From assembly GCA_003971905.1 (NCBI GenBank), contig RSEE01000005.1, positions 434,001-498,000 on the forward strand: a stretch of 64,000 bases of DNA, given 5' to 3'. The stretch is from Moniliella sp. 'wahieum' (Eukaryota). The position numbers and the translations under genes were made by a program. The number at the start of each line of letters is the position of its first letter. Position 1 is the stretch's first letter. Below the pieces are notes generated by a model, which saw nothing but the letters and a program-made list of their open reading frames with translations, had not been told where the DNA came from and did no database searches. Shown one piece after another: positions 25,266-38,509 of the stretch.

Positions 25266-26318
25266 ATGCCCCCCTCGTGTCCTTTCCCGTCTTCTCTCTC
25301 TTGCGCAGGCTGCCATTCCTAACACACCTCCCCCCCCCCCTCCCTCCCGTAGACCAGATAGCGCCGAAACGCAGCGTGCCAACCGGTTGCGGGCCAAGGC
25401 GCAGATTGCCGCCCAGGCCGCCTCCCAACGTTCGCGTCGTCCTGCGCCGCGTGCAGCTCCTGTCCATCCTCCACTTGCGCGCGCTGGCCTTCGACTTCCC
25501 GCGATGCGACTTCCGCTGCCCAAAGCGACCAGCCACCCGCCAAGCGCGCGCGCACCGAAGAGGCACAGTTGCCGCGCGATGCGTCGTTGGGCAAGTACAT
25601 TGACTTTGATCTGTCCAAGTTGGAGGACACGCATGGTGGCTACCTCTTGCCCGAGGCGCCTGTGACTGGGGAAATGGAGACGTCGTTGGCGGCGCGCGTG
25701 CGGCGGCTGGAAGCGCAGCGTGAGCAGCAAGAACAGGATATTGAGCGGATGAAAGCCAACCAGGTACCTGGGGTGGACCTGGACGTGGAGAGTGCCGAGA
25801 AGTGCGTCGAGTGCGGCTCGCCTGAGCTGGATCCCAACTTGAATCGATACTTTGGCGTTAAAGTGTGTCGAAGGTGCAGCAAGGAGCACCCAAACAAGTA
25901 CAGCTTGTTAACCAAGACCGAGGTCCAGGCCGATTACCTTTTGACCGACTCGGAGTTGCGCGACCCTGACTTGTTGCCCCACCAGCTCAAGGCCAATCCG
26001 CACAGTGCCAGCTACAGCAACATGATGCTCTTTCTTCGGTGCCAAGTGGAGGCGTATGCATTTAGTGAAGCCAAGTGGGGCTCGGAGCAAGCGTTGGACG
26101 AGGAACTCGAACGACGCGCCCAAGAGCGAGCAGCCAAACGGAGCAAAAAGTTTCAGCAACGTCTCCATCTCCTTCGCACCCGGACTAAGACGGCCAAGTT
26201 TGCCGAACGGATCCATCAGCGTCATGAACATGACTTTCAACCGGACCCGGACCACCCCGATTCGGGAAGTGAAGTATGTACCGAGTGTGGCCTCAAGGTG
26301 GAGGTGGAACGTTTTTGA
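25266..26318 (+). CDS. RAD14: Nucleotide excision repair protein Rad14/XPA
   Basis: NRLRAKA; YIDFDLSKLEDTHGGYL; zinc finger CVEC...VCRRC; YSLLTKTEVQADYLLTDSEL; NPH..YSNMMLFLRCQVE; KWGS; C-terminal HEH...CTECG. Start approximate. Confidence 0.93.
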
Positions 26319-26436
26319 TTGGACTATGGACCATCCTCACTGCACTGTAGTAACGCCCCCGAGGCAGCTGGGTAGAGAGCACATGTTTCTACAGGCTTGG
26401 TCAGGTAGAGAGGTTGGCAAAGTATGACAGGACCAA

Positions 26437-27681
26437 CTAGGGAATGAAGCGGTACGGTTCCTTGCGAACCCGCTCCGCGGAACCGTCGACGGGCTGCTCG
26501 AAGACTTCGTACGAACGGTAGGAACGGAGGTACGGCAGCGCCGTCTCCTCAATGTCGTCCGGCTCAATGCCCAGGTCGGCAAAGGTCAGCGTGCCCGGCT
26601 GGTCAGGCAGGTCGTCGGTGAAGCGCTCCTGCACCTCGTCGGGGCCTAGCAGGTCAAAGTAACTGAGCTGAGCAAAGCGGGTCAAGGCCTTCATCACTGG
26701 TTCGGGAATGTTGAAGAGCGGGTTGATGGGGTCACGAATGACAAGACTGTTCACCATCGCACGCAGCTCGGCCACGGTCCACACTTTGGGGCCGGTCAGC
26801 GTAAACGTCTGGCCGAACGCAGTCTTCTCAGCATCCATCATACGCTCCAGCGCTTCCGCCACCTGCAAACTGTGTGTCGGACGCAATTTCGTCTTGCCAT
26901 AGTTTACGTGCCACGTCCACGGATGGCCTGAGACAGACATACATATGGTACATTGTCAGTTGCGCGCTTCGATGGCAGAGACAGAGTAGGGGGAGGAGTA
27001 GAAACATACGGGCAATTGAGTTGAGGAAACGGTCTTCGTAGCCGTACATGGGGCCCGGGCGGACAATGGTCGCGCCGGGGAAGGCTGCCTTCACCCGCTG
27101 CTCGCCCTCCCACTTGGTGCGGAGGAACTTGCTTGGTGCGTCCGGGGCCGCGTTGAGGTGGGAGACATGCACCAAGCGAGCCACACCGGCTTCGTCGGCA
27201 ATCTTGGCGATCCGCTCGGCGGCAGTAACGTTGATGTCGTCAAAGGTAAAGTTCTTGGTTTCCCACCAGCGACCCACGAGGTTGTACACAATGTCCGAGT
27301 GGCGCACCGCCTCCAAAATCTGGTCGTCCCGACGCAAGTTGACTTCGAGGGGCACCACCTGGCCCAGATCGCCAGCGACGCGGAGCGAGCGCTTGGTGTC
27401 CTCGTCACGGTACGGCACCACGACCTGGGTACCCTTGCGCGCCAGACGGTTCACCACGTACCGGCCGAGAAAGCCAGTGCAGCCAAATACGGTGGCCACA
27501 TGGCCCGAGGTGGAGGAACGGCCACCGCCAAAGGGACCGGCCTTGACCAGGGCCTGGCCAGTGCGGCGCTGGACGACCACGTCGTGGTAGGCGCGGGCCC
27601 CGAGCGGAGCGGCCGGGCGGCGGGCACACGGGGCGCACGCAGCATGGCGTGTGCAGCCACAGAGCGCGGGGCGGCGAGCAT
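26437..27681 (-). CDS. NDUFA9: NADH:ubiquinone oxidoreductase 39/40 kDa subunit (NDUFA9), SDR fold
   Basis: GGRSSTSGHVATVFGCTGFLGRYVVNRLA..GTQVVVPYR, GDLGQV, VRHSDIVYNLVGR.WETKNF, ATIVRPGPMYGYEDRFLN. Intron 27009-26928; Arg/Ala-rich presequence. Confidence 0.95.
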
Positions 27682-27984
27682 GGTGGAGGGGCAGGAGCGG
27701 CGGCGGCGGGGGTGGGGGAGCGAAGGCGAATGAGCGCTCGCGGTCCGCGGCCGAGTCCAGTCCAGCAGAGCCCAGCAGAGCCCGGCAGAGCCCAGCAGCC
27801 CTGGCCAGCGCCATTAATAATGGCCAACCCTACTGGGCCGGGCGGAATGGCGCGCGGGCCGCGGCGGAATGCACCGCGCCACATTTACCAGCCCACTCCA
27901 GCTCATCCCCCCGCAGCCGCCGCCTGTCCACGTCGACGCCGCCCGCCCCCACCGTCTTCTGAGCCTCTACCCCCACCCCCCCCC

Positions 27985-28962
27985 ATGGGCGCCTCCGAGT
28001 CTCGCCTGTCCGACGAAGCCCCCAAGGGCGGGTTCCATGTCGTGCGTGTCGCTCGGGCTCGCCTGCATTCCCCGGCATCGAGCCCTTCTTCGACTTTTGT
28101 GTCGGCATCGACGGCACCCCGCTCCCCCCCCCGTGCCCTCCAAAGACGCGGGCCTCGGTGCCTGGAAGTCCCTCGAGGAGCGCGAGGGCCACCCCGTCAC
28201 ACTCAACGTCTGGAGTGCCAAGCACCAGGCTATTCGCAGTATGTGGCATGGCTGCCTCTTTCGCTCCCTAGTCTGCGCGGTCACTGACTTCTTCTTCTTC
28301 CCCTCGCGGCCTGTGCAGACGTGGTGATTGTGCCTTCGCGCGTCTGGTCCACTGCCAGCGCCGCTGCTGACCCCGGCACCAGTGGCGGTGGTCAGCCATC
28401 GTTGCTGGGGCTGAGCATGCGCTACTGCGACCCCACCCAGGCGCTGGCTCATGTCTGGCACGTCCTCGACATTCTCGAGGGCTCGCCAGCCGAGAGCGCG
28501 GGTCTGGTCCCGTACGGCGACTTTATCCTCGGCTGGACTGGTGGGCCGCTCCGAGGCGAGGGCGACTTTTACGAGCTAGTCGAGGCGCATGCCGATCGGT
28601 CACTGCGGCTGTACGTGTACAACGCAGATTACGATCATACTCGCGAAGTGGTCATTGTGCCCAACCGTAACTGGGGCGGCGAAGGTCTGCTTGGCTGTGG
28701 GGTCGGGTACGGCCTGCTGCATCGGATCCCCAAGCCCGATCCGGCTGCACGACCGCCACCGGGCCCAGCACCTGCTCCGCCACCACCAGCCCATGCCCGC
28801 CACCTACCCCCGGTCCCACCAAATTCGTCACTCCATCGCGGAAGAGAGGAGGAGGAAGAGAACGAAGCTGCTGGCCCGCCACGTCGTGCTCCGACCTACC
28901 CTCCCCCTCCTCCTCATTCCCCCCAAATCCTCCTTCCCAAGGAGACCATTCGTTCGGTGTGA
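27985..28962 (+). CDS. GRH1: GRASP55/65 family Golgi reassembly stacking protein
   Basis: MGASES N-terminus, GFHVVRV, GIEPFFDF, LLGLSMRYC, VWHVLDILEGSPAESAGLVPYGDFILG, LRLYVYNADYD..REV.IVPNRNWGGEGLLGCGVGYGLLHRIP. Intron 28239-28318. Confidence 0.95.
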
Positions 28963-29390
28963 CCGTCTCGGTTCATCCCGAGGAAGGAAGCGACGATGAG
29001 ATCCTGTGAGAGTCAGACGCAGGACGCCTGTTCCTTTCGCTGTGGTCTTGTTCACCTTCTTTCTCTCCCTCCCAAGGTACTGCGTACGACCTTGCAAAAC
29101 TCAGCCCTGAGTCTCCTGCTGGTTTCTATTTGCATCTCTCGGATTCTTAGATTCACGTCCAATTGGTCTTTTCATCTGCATGGGGTGCCAGACGGGGACG
29201 TGGTGGTGGGAATGCTGGACGGCTGAAAGTATGGTTTCTAGAGTGAGCACAAGAAGAAGATTGGATGGACTTTAGAGACGCCAACAACCCCGGGACATCA
29301 AGGCCCAATAGGGGCAAAGGAGGGGAAGGGAAAAGGGAGAAGGGAGAGAATACGACAGACTTGATAGAGGCAACAGCGTAGTCGCTCTGC

Positions 29391-30779
29391 TTACGCATCT
29401 GCTTCGGGCAACTCCATCAACACGAACGGAGTCCAGTCCTCCTCCAACAGCTGGGCATACTCGCCTGGCGTTTCGTGCTGGCCCTGAGCTTCACTCGCCT
29501 TGTCCCCCCGTCGAACAAGCGTCTTGTACTCCGTGTTGAGTGCGACGAGCAGAGGCTTGACCCCCTTTTTGACGCTCGGCTTGACCACATAGGAAAGAAG
29601 TTGGCAGGCAAACCGTACCGCAGCACACTCTCCACAAATGCCCGCAGCACCTTGAGGTGCATCAGGCCCTCGTATGCTTCGCCAAAGTTGATTTTCGACA
29701 GACGCAGCAGCTCGTCTGGACCGGTCGTCACGAAGGGTCAGAATACAATCGTCCCCACCCCGCCCCAGCTTAACAAAAAACCAAAGTACGTACCCACAGC
29801 TCCTTCTCGGCCGCCGCTGCATCCTCGAGGTCCTCAGCTTGGCGCTCCGCCAACTGGTCGTCCCACTGGAATTCGCGCACCACAAACTTGTTCTCACGTG
29901 CCTTTTGCAAAAAGTCATTCTTGTACTTGCGGAAGATGGTCACGTTGAACAAGCCAAACTCGTCGTCCTCTGCAATCTTACGTGACGAGCGTGGGACGAC
30001 CATCTTGGACAGTGTCTCGTACTTGTTCTGCCATGTCTTAATCGCGGTTCTGGGTCAGGGAGAGTATGCATGCATGGGTCAGTACAGCTCTGGGGGTGGG
30101 GGGCACAACGAGAGAACGGAGGGAAAAGGCGGGGACGAAAGGAAGGGGGGGGGGAGAAGACGCACCTCGGTACGGCCACCAGCAGTGTCTCGAGGTACTC
30201 GCTTGCAGGGTCGACAAAGTCATCCTTGCACACAATATCCGCCAAGGAGCGGACCGCGAGCGAGCCCGTCTTTTTGCGCTGGAGCGACAGCAGCTGGGAC
30301 TTGGCCGCATTGTAATCGGCCAAGCGCTGCTTCATCACGTTGTCGATTGACTGCACGTCCTTCGCGATCGAGTCGGTGATGTCGGCCAAGGAGCGCTCGC
30401 CAACACGGTACTTGCTCTCGTTCCAAGCCCACCCGCCTAGTACATACTCATCCGGCGAGACATCGGCCACGAGCTGGTGGGCACGCAGCTGCGCCTCGTC
30501 CTGGTTGACCAGGTTGCGCAGCGTGTCCACAATCTTGACCACGGCGGCGACCATGGCCTGGTCGTGCTTGGGGAGCTCCTCGTTGAGCGTGATGAGCGCC
30601 TCCAGCGTGCCGATCTTGAAGGCCGGGAAGGTGAGCGCGCCCAGGCCGGCGCAGAGGGAGGTGGGCGTGGGCACGCCCGAGGGGGGCACGCCCAGGGCGG
30701 CAGAGACGCTGGCCTCCATCGCGCCCTCGTCGCCGTCGACGGGGACAGACACGATCCAGTAGGCGAGTTCCTCGGGCAT
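29391..30779 (-). CDS. VMA5: V-type proton ATPase V1 subunit C
   Basis: [105 protein letters not shown]. Introns near 30165-30035 and 29794-29717. Confidence 0.95.
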
Positions 30780-30937
30780 CGGGGGGGGGGGGGAGGGGGG
30801 GGGTGGTGGTGGGGTGCGCCGGGGGCCAAAGTTCACTCGGCCGTGCTTCCCGCTGGCCCGAGGGCGCCGCCGCCTCGGGCAGCCTGGCGGCCGCTGGCCT
30901 GGGCGCTGCCCGCCTGGTTCAAATTCAGGTCACCCCC

Positions 30938-30958
30938 GCTGACGTCAGCACGCGAACC
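30938..30958. promoter_or_regulatory. CRE-like palindrome GCTGACGTCAGC adjacent to ACGCGAA in the VMA5/NUP84 divergent promoter
   Basis: 12-bp perfect palindrome containing TGACGTCA (ATF/CREB-type site), followed by an MCB/SCB-like ACGCGAA. Confidence 0.4.
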
Positions 30959-31047
30959 CACGCCGCTTAGCTCAGCAGGCCGCATCCCGCCGCCTCGCCT
31001 GGACGCAGAAAACGCAAGTGGGTTTCTCAGCCAACCACCGGGCACGC

Positions 31048-33740
31048 ATGTCCTGTCCAAGCGCTCCACCGTCGTCGACTCTGCCCCCGACGTGGCGCTC
31101 GCCGCCGAGACCGCCGCCGACACCAGCTTCGTCTCCTTCGCCCGCACCCTCCAGCACGCCCGCTCCCCGCTCCGCCGACCTGTCCTGCGCCTCGACCCGC
31201 CTCGGCATCGCAGCCATTGGCCCAGCTCTGCGCCGCCAAGGCCCTCCCGCCCCCTCCCTCTGCCCTCGCCCCCCTCTGCCGACGATGCCGACGACGCCGA
31301 CGACTGGGACCAGCAGGCTGACGCTGCCGCCTGGACCCTCGAGGCCCATACCTGGTCCTGATTGCCCTCTTGACGGCCGAGCGCAAGGCGCGCCAGCTCG
31401 CCGCCCCCCGCCCCGGCTCCTGACAACCCCTATGCACCCCCTGCCACACGCATCTTGGCCATGATCCAGAACGATGCGGCGCTCTCGGAGCTTCGTGTGG
31501 TGCGCGACTGGTTGCAGACCCATGTCCTGTCCATCTCCCATCCCCTCGAGATGCGCAAGGGATACTGGACCGCCACCAAGAACGACATCAAGGCCGCCCC
31601 GCCGTACTAGCCTTCGCTCGCGCAATGCCCCCGCTCCATCTGCCCCTGGCCGCGTCTCGCTTGACCCGGACCTCCCCACGCGAGCGGGGAAGGCAGGCAT
31701 TGCAATCGCTTGATGCGCAAGACGCGCTGTACGACAAGGCTGCCTGGCGGTACCTCTTTGAGGCCACGCGCAATGGCCGCCTTGATCTCTGCCTCGACGT
31801 GTGCAAGGCAATGAACCACTCCTGGAAGGCGGCCTCCCTGCGTGGGTCGTTACTCTATGCCACCGCAAGTGGCAACGAGCAACAGCAGGAGAGCAGGAAC
31901 AGCTGCCACAGCTGCCTTCGGGGAACCGCAATCGCTTCCTGTGGAAGACCGTGTGCCGCAAGTTGGCCAATGACGTGCGTAGCCCTGCCCTTCTTCTGGT
32001 TCTCTTGTCGCGTTCCTTCTTCTTCCTAACCACCCTCTCTCGCAGATCTCGATTGATCCGTACGAACGGGCCCTGTATGGCCTACTGGGCGGCGAGCTGC
32101 CATCAGTGCTCTCCGTCTCACACAGCTGGGAGGAGCAGCTCTGGCGTTTGTCTACACCACCTTTGAGGCCAAGCTGGACGTGGCGTTGGCTCACGCGTCG
32201 GACGACGAGCCGGAGCTTGGGCAGTCCAACTGGGGTGTAGGCGCGGGGCAAGTCGACGCCGCGGCGGCCGCCGGAATCAAGGTGGACGGCGCGATTGAGG
32301 GGCTGGCGGCGATGACGTTGCGTCATGTATTTGAGCGGCTGGACCAGACCGGTTCCGATTCCATTGCTGTGCAGGCCAAGGACCCGTACCACACCTTCCA
32401 GCGGGACTTTGTTCTGAACGATATCGACGGGCTTCTCCTTGCTGCCGAAGCGCGTCTGCCGAGCGCGCGGGCCACCATGAGCCGCGGGCAGTATGCACGC
32501 CTGGTGCGGTTCTTTGCCCACTATGTGTTATTTACTCGCCTGGTGGATCCCGACGCCGAGGCTGCGCGGCAAGCCCACCTCGCCTCTGGCCAACCTGCAT
32601 CGGCAACAACACTGCCACCAACGCCATTCTGCGGGCGTACGTGGAGTTGTTGGAGGAAGCTGGGCAAGGCGACGATTTGTGGCGCTGTATGCGTCGAACC
32701 TGGATCGCACCAACGCGATTGACTCGTATGCGCAATATTTGCGATCTCTTGATCCGCGCATCAGCGACGCGACTCGCTGGAACGCCCTTCGTCAAGCGGA
32801 TGATCACCAACTGGACTTGCCTGCAGTAGCACGGCGTACGACCCAACTGATCCTCGAAGAGGCCATTCCGGCCCTGGGCGATGTGCTGGGCTCGGAGCTG
32901 CGTTCGGTCCGGTTAGACTTGGACGTGAGCGAAGTGGAAATGCGCCTGATTACCAGTCTGGCCTGGCTCAGCTTTTCTCGGGAAACGTGGACAGACTACA
33001 TTTTCGAGGCCAATCATATCCTCCGTCTGTTCTTGGCCGACGGCAGGGTACATGCCGCACGTGTTCTGGTCTTGGAGTTGTCGGCCGATATTGTTGCCGC
33101 CGCGTTTGGCACAGAAGGCGCCACCGACCTAGGCTTGCCCGAGGATCAGGTCAAAGAGCAATACGGCTACCACTTGCTCAACCAATTTTATACGCCACCG
33201 ACGTCTTCCATGACCTTTGGGCTCACCGTACTGAACAAGCTGCCCAGACGCGCACTGCGCTGTCCCAATGGGCTCAGCAACTAAGTCAGTCGGTGGACAC
33301 GGTGTACCGGGGCGCATTGCAGTTGCTCAAGGAGCACTGGCTCCAACTGGCCCTGGTATGGCGGACGAAGAGCGAGAGAGCAACTGCAACGGATCCGTCA
33401 AGTGTACATCCCGGATGTCATCTTTCGCCTGCACAACCTGTTTTCGACACATACCAGGTCGTTCCGCATGCGCTCCAACGTGCGCTCCAACTCCCAATTT
33501 GGTGGTCGACGAGGAGTACCGTCTCTATGTCGAATTCTTTGCTGGTGGCAACCGGCTCCGCCCCTACCTCAGCTGGTACGGGAAGCAGCCTTGCTTCAAT
33601 TGGACCAGCCTTCTGGCGAGCCCGGTGATCCATTCGCCGCTGCCACTTTTGCTGACCCGCTGGAAGCGGCTGACGGCGCACTGGTCGAGAGCGATGGATT
33701 GGACGAACCGTCGATGATTGAACTCACGCCAGAGGAGTAG
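31048..33740 (+). CDS. NUP84: Nucleoporin Nup84/Nup107
   Basis: W.LEAHTWSLI, ELRVVRDWLQ, GYWTATK, VSLDPD.P.R, LFEATRNGRLD...WKAASLRG, GNRNRFLWKTVC, DPYERALYGLLGG, SWEEQLW, YIPDVIFRLH. One intron ~31975-32045; many frameshifts. Confidence 0.9.
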
Positions 33741-33862
33741 GCTGGCCTACCACGAAAAATGAACCCCGACTAGTCCCCCCCTCCTCTTCTTTCCTTCCCC
33801 CTTTCCCACCCTTCCCTTCATAATGGGACCGTAATAGAAACAAAGTAAACAGGCAGGATTCA

Positions 33863-36800
33863 TTAAGACTGCAGTGAGGCCAAGAGGGAGCTGCGCCACC
33901 GGCCTCGGCCATGGCCAGACGAGGGCGGGCACGAACCTTGCCCTGGAGCGCGATCGCGGCCAAGGACATGTAAGACCGCATTAGGATCATGTTGGGGTCT
34001 TGTTCGGCTGGCGGCCTGCGTCGCGCCGCTGGCCCGCTCTTCGAGCGCTTGGAAGATAGCTTGTTCGCGTTCCACTCCCGCATTGTAGATCTGCGTACAT
34101 GCCTTCTCGCCCGCTTCCTCAAACGCCAACAGGGCCGCTTGCAACTCCACAGCGGCCTGGCGGTGGGCCGGCGAGAGCGGGATCAGCGCCTGGCACAGCC
34201 GTTCCACCTCGTCTAGATCGTAAACCAGTCAGCGTTCCATTCCCGAGAAAAGGGGGAGGAGAGAGAGAAAAGACGTACGTTGGGTTTCCTTCAGGCGATC
34301 TTTGAGCAACCGTTGGAGCGAATCAAACAGATAGTTCTCCTCGTGCACGGTGCCCTTGCGTCCGGTCTGCTGGTGCTTCTTTTCCTTCTTGCGTTGCTGC
34401 TTGGCAGCGCGCCAGGAAGAGTTGCGGGAGCGGTGGCTGGACGAGACAGTGGACGCGGCGCCAGAGAGCGCGGCAGTGTAGCGAGTAAACTGGGTGATCT
34501 GCGTCGAGGTATCCGACATCACCTCCACATGGTCCAACGCGGCGACCGCTTCATCGTCGAGGAAATTGCCCTCCTCACCGGCTGCAAGTGGAGACTTGGA
34601 CAGAAGCTCGACCAAGCGGTTGGCTTGCTTGTCAAGTTGTTCCCGCATCTCCTCCACCGTGTCCAGCAGGGCGCTTTGGGTCTCAAGGGCTTGCGGCTTA
34701 ATGTGGGTCTCCACCAGATCCGCACGGTTGGCCAACGCGCAGATCCGCCCCGCCTCAGCCACCTGATTGCCCTGGACCAGGAAAGAAACCGCTCCATCCG
34801 TGTCGCGCAGATGTTCCAGCGACACATGGGCAGCCTCAACAAATTGCCGCCCAGCTTGCAGGTCCGCTACCAGCCGTTCGGCCAAAGTATGCACCTCTAC
34901 CTGTCCGGCCGCGGACGGGTGTCGGTTCTGCGCAGTGACAGCAAGCATGAGTGCCGACTGCCAGTTGCCAGCCTGCACGTACGCCTCGATCGCGCGCTTT
35001 GCCTGGCCGCCCAGCACATACGCCCCCGCCGCATCCGCGTGCTTTTGCCGCCCCACGAGATAGTCGCCGTACAGCTCGTAAGCGCGCCGTAAAAGGGACG
35101 GGTGCCGCTCAAACGTCTTGATCCCAGTGGCGTAGAGTTCATGCTTGTTCATATACGCCAACGCCTCTTCCGCCTTGGTCGGTCCGGCCTGAGCGAGCCA
35201 GGTAAAGGCCTTGTCGTGCCGGCCCAGGTGGTCGTCAACACGGAAGCGCTGCAAGGCGACCGATGGCTCGCTACGCAGCGAGCGCAAAAACGGAAGGTAC
35301 TCGCGCGGATCCTTGCGCGGGGCATGCTGCGCCAACAGCAGGGCCAACGTAAAGTCGTACATGCCCAGTGCCACGTCGTACAACTTTTCGGCATCGGCAA
35401 GGAAAACGAGGTACTTGACGGCGGCCGCGGCCTCCTCGGGTTGCTGGGCATGGAGCTCGAGGAGATGCGAAAGTGCACCCTCGTAATCGGGAGGCATCAT
35501 GCGTACGTACGACGTCAAGATCGATTGAAGGTACTTGGCCGGGTTGCGCTCGAGCAAGACGGCACGCAGAGCGAGGCAAATTCGGTTCGTTTTCCCATCC
35601 ACCAAAGGCTTCTCTCCCTCCCGACAGGAGGGAGCGCAGCAAGGTACTTGGCATAGAGCGTGGCTGTCGTATCCTCGTCCTTGATGCTGGTCAGGAACAA
35701 GTTCATGTGGTCCGTGTCATCGACTTGACGAACAAAAAGGTCCAGATGAGCAAGGAACTGGTGAGGTGCCAGATCGTACAACAAGTTCAAGTCGATCCGG
35801 TGAGTCCGGCAAATCCGAAGTGCCGAACGGTACCGTTTGCGCTCAATGTCCCGACGCACCACTTCGAGGACCAAGGGCCGGGGCGAGATGGTCTCCAGGT
35901 TGCCGCGTGGCATCTGCAACACCAACGACATTTCTGACGGGATGGCAGTGACCAACCGGCTGCCCCGCTCCACTGCCCGACCCAGCGAATGCACCTCCTC
36001 CGAGCTTGGACTCGCATCCGACACGGCCGAAAGGGGCAAAAGCCGCACCTCATGTGCGTTGGTCGTCCAAACCAAAAAGCTGCCCGAGATGGTGAAAGAA
36101 TTGACGCCCTGACCAATCAACTGGCCGTTGGCATACAGTTTGGCAGTCGGAGACAGACCGATCAAGAGGCTATCCGACACGGCCAGCAGGTCCGAACAGA
36201 ACAGGGGCAAAGTACCCTTTGCCCGGGTACACTCGCCGCCCTGCAAAAGACGTGTAACAATGGGACGCACTTGGTCTTTTGCTTCTTCCATCAGCACAAA
36301 CTCGGCTCCTGGACTCGTCGGGTGAGTCAATGCCACCAAGCGGGCGCGTGAGACGGGCAAATCTCCCACGAATCGCTCGGTAGGTTCGCCCAGCTTGTCC
36401 GCTTGCCACTGGATGCTGGTCACGACCACCTCGTTCGTCGGTGCGGCAGACAAAAGTGCCACCTCGACCCCGCCGGCGGTTGAGGGTGCCAGGGCAACCT
36501 GCAATGGCTTCCCGCCTGATGAGATGGAGGGAATGCAGCCGATGCGCTTGGGAACCGGGACGGGCCGCCCTCCGAGAGGTGCGTTGCGTCCCATCGTGCC
36601 CCAATCAAACAGGATCAGGTCCACCGTCGAGTCCGAATATAGCACAGCCAAGATGTGTTGGCTCTGCTGGGGTGCAGATGCAGGCGAAGGAAGGCGCGTC
36701 CAAGAATAGTGCACAGGGGTGCTGGCAGACGCCTTTGTCTCGGCCCGCTCAAAGTCGGTGACAATCATAGTGCTCATGGGTGGTGGGACATTTTGCAGGC

Positions 36801-38509
36801 GGAAGGGCGTCAGGAGGGTTGAGGGTCCGTCTGCCACAGCAACGGCTGCTGCATCGAAGGGGGGCGGGTCCACCGTGCTCACCGTCTCAGCTGCCAAGGT
36901 GGCATGGACCACGTTGTGTCCCGAGGCGAGATACAAGTGAAGTGGGTCCTCGGGGTGCCATCTGACTGTTGCGCTAGGCAAGCCCGAGAGAGTTTGGAGG
37001 GGAATTTCTTGTTTAAGGTAGTAGTGGTAATTCCCCATTGTCCATACTTGCACCACGGTCGAAGCTGTGGCCTCGGGGGCGGACCGGACCAAGATGACAG
37101 CCAAGGCGCTTCCATCCGAGTTCCAAGCCAGGTCACGAACTACGTGGGTGCGAAGCCACGTCTGGGGCTGACTGGAGGTAGCAGGCCCCACAGATTGACT
37201 TAGCGCAAGTTGGGAGGGCAGGCCCGGCCCTCTTCGCGCAAGCTAAACTCGCCGTGACGTAGACCGTTGCGCTCAAAAAGATAACGTCGTGTCGGCCCGA
37301 GCGGCCGGGCGCCCATTGAAGGTCCGACGATTCACTGGCTTGGCCAAAACGCTGGGTAGAAGCAATGAGGTTACCAACGGGCTTGTAGGCCAATGCTTGG
37401 CTCACCCCGCGAACCGACTTGTCACTCGTCGAGGCCAACACCCCCGAACGGGCAAAAATGCGCACGACGCGGTTGTACCGGCTAGCTGGTGGGTCGGCCG
37501 CGCTGGCTTCACCCGCAGCCGGGGAGAGCTCCAGGTTAGACACTGCAAAAAAGAAGAATCGCCCTTCCAGCTGATGCGCGGCCGGCCATCGTCATCGGGA
37601 ACGTGCGGGCCACGCGTGTCGCGAGTGCTGCCGAGGCTTGTTGCTCCGCTTCAAGCTTTGCCGCCGCCTCGGCTGCGGCTTTGCCTTCAGAGCCGTGGAA
37701 CTGGGTCGCCTTGGATCCCCATCCAACATCGACCGGTTTATCTGGAATACCAGGCTGTTGGTCAATATGGCAGGCGCTCGCAGTGAGGAAAGGAAAGACA
37801 AACCTTGACCAAACTCGTCGGTAGCCAGGATCTGTTCCTTGACCACCTCAAACTCGCGGGTCATGACCAACACCTTCTCGCCAACCCAGGACATGGAACC
37901 ATCCTCCTGCTCAACGCGCGTGGGCATAGTGATGACCGCCAAAAATTCCTCATCTGGGCTCCATGCAGCGGCAGTAATGCCCTGCTCGATCGTCCCGACC
38001 ACATCGGGCACGAGACCGACCGCAGGGGCGTCCGGGTCGGCAGCGTCGTCGGACGCAAGCGGAGTGAGAACAATGTCACCACCAGCAGTGACCATGCAGA
38101 GGGCAGGCCCATACTGCGCCAGACTTCCTCCGTCTTGGAGGAACTGAAGCGAGATGACCTGGGCATGGCGTTCCGGCGGAGCGTGGAGCTGGGTGCTGTA
38201 GGGGGGGCTGTCAGCGTTGGCGGTGGCGAGAAGCGTGGGGGGAGCAGGAAGAAGAATTCGGGTGGGTTGGATTAGGCTATCGGTGGAAGGGGCAGAGGAA
38301 GCGGGCTGGGCTGTAGTCAGCTGCCAGAGCCACAGACGGACGGTGGCGCCAGGTGCATGCCCAGCGCCGGTCCCACTGGCTTCCGCACCGGCCGCAAAGA
38401 CGCGTCCGCTGACGGGATCGATGCCGATGGCCTCAATAGGCGCGGGGCCCAAACCGCCGCCAGGATGGGCGCCAAAGGACTCAAAGCCGACGAGCGCAAG
38501 ATTGCGCAT
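33863..38509 (-). CDS. ELP1: Elongator complex subunit Elp1/Iki3
   Basis: MRNL start; VGTIEQGITAAAWSPDEE.LAVIT; GWGSKATQFHGSEGK; ISWKGD; YKPVGNLIASTQR; LAWNSDGSALAV; WTMGNYHYYLKQ; RAVERGSRLVTAIPS..SLVLQMPRGNLETISPRPLVL; CRTHRIDLNLLYD; LYDVALGMYD; KDPREYLPFL; GRKGTVHEENYL. C-terminal end approximate. Confidence 0.95.

Noticed and set aside
30800..30937. tRNA T-arm-like hairpin CCTGG-TTCAAAT-TCAGG
   Set aside because: No convincing D arm, A box or anticodon arm, and the B box is imperfect. It lies in a GC-rich divergent promoter.
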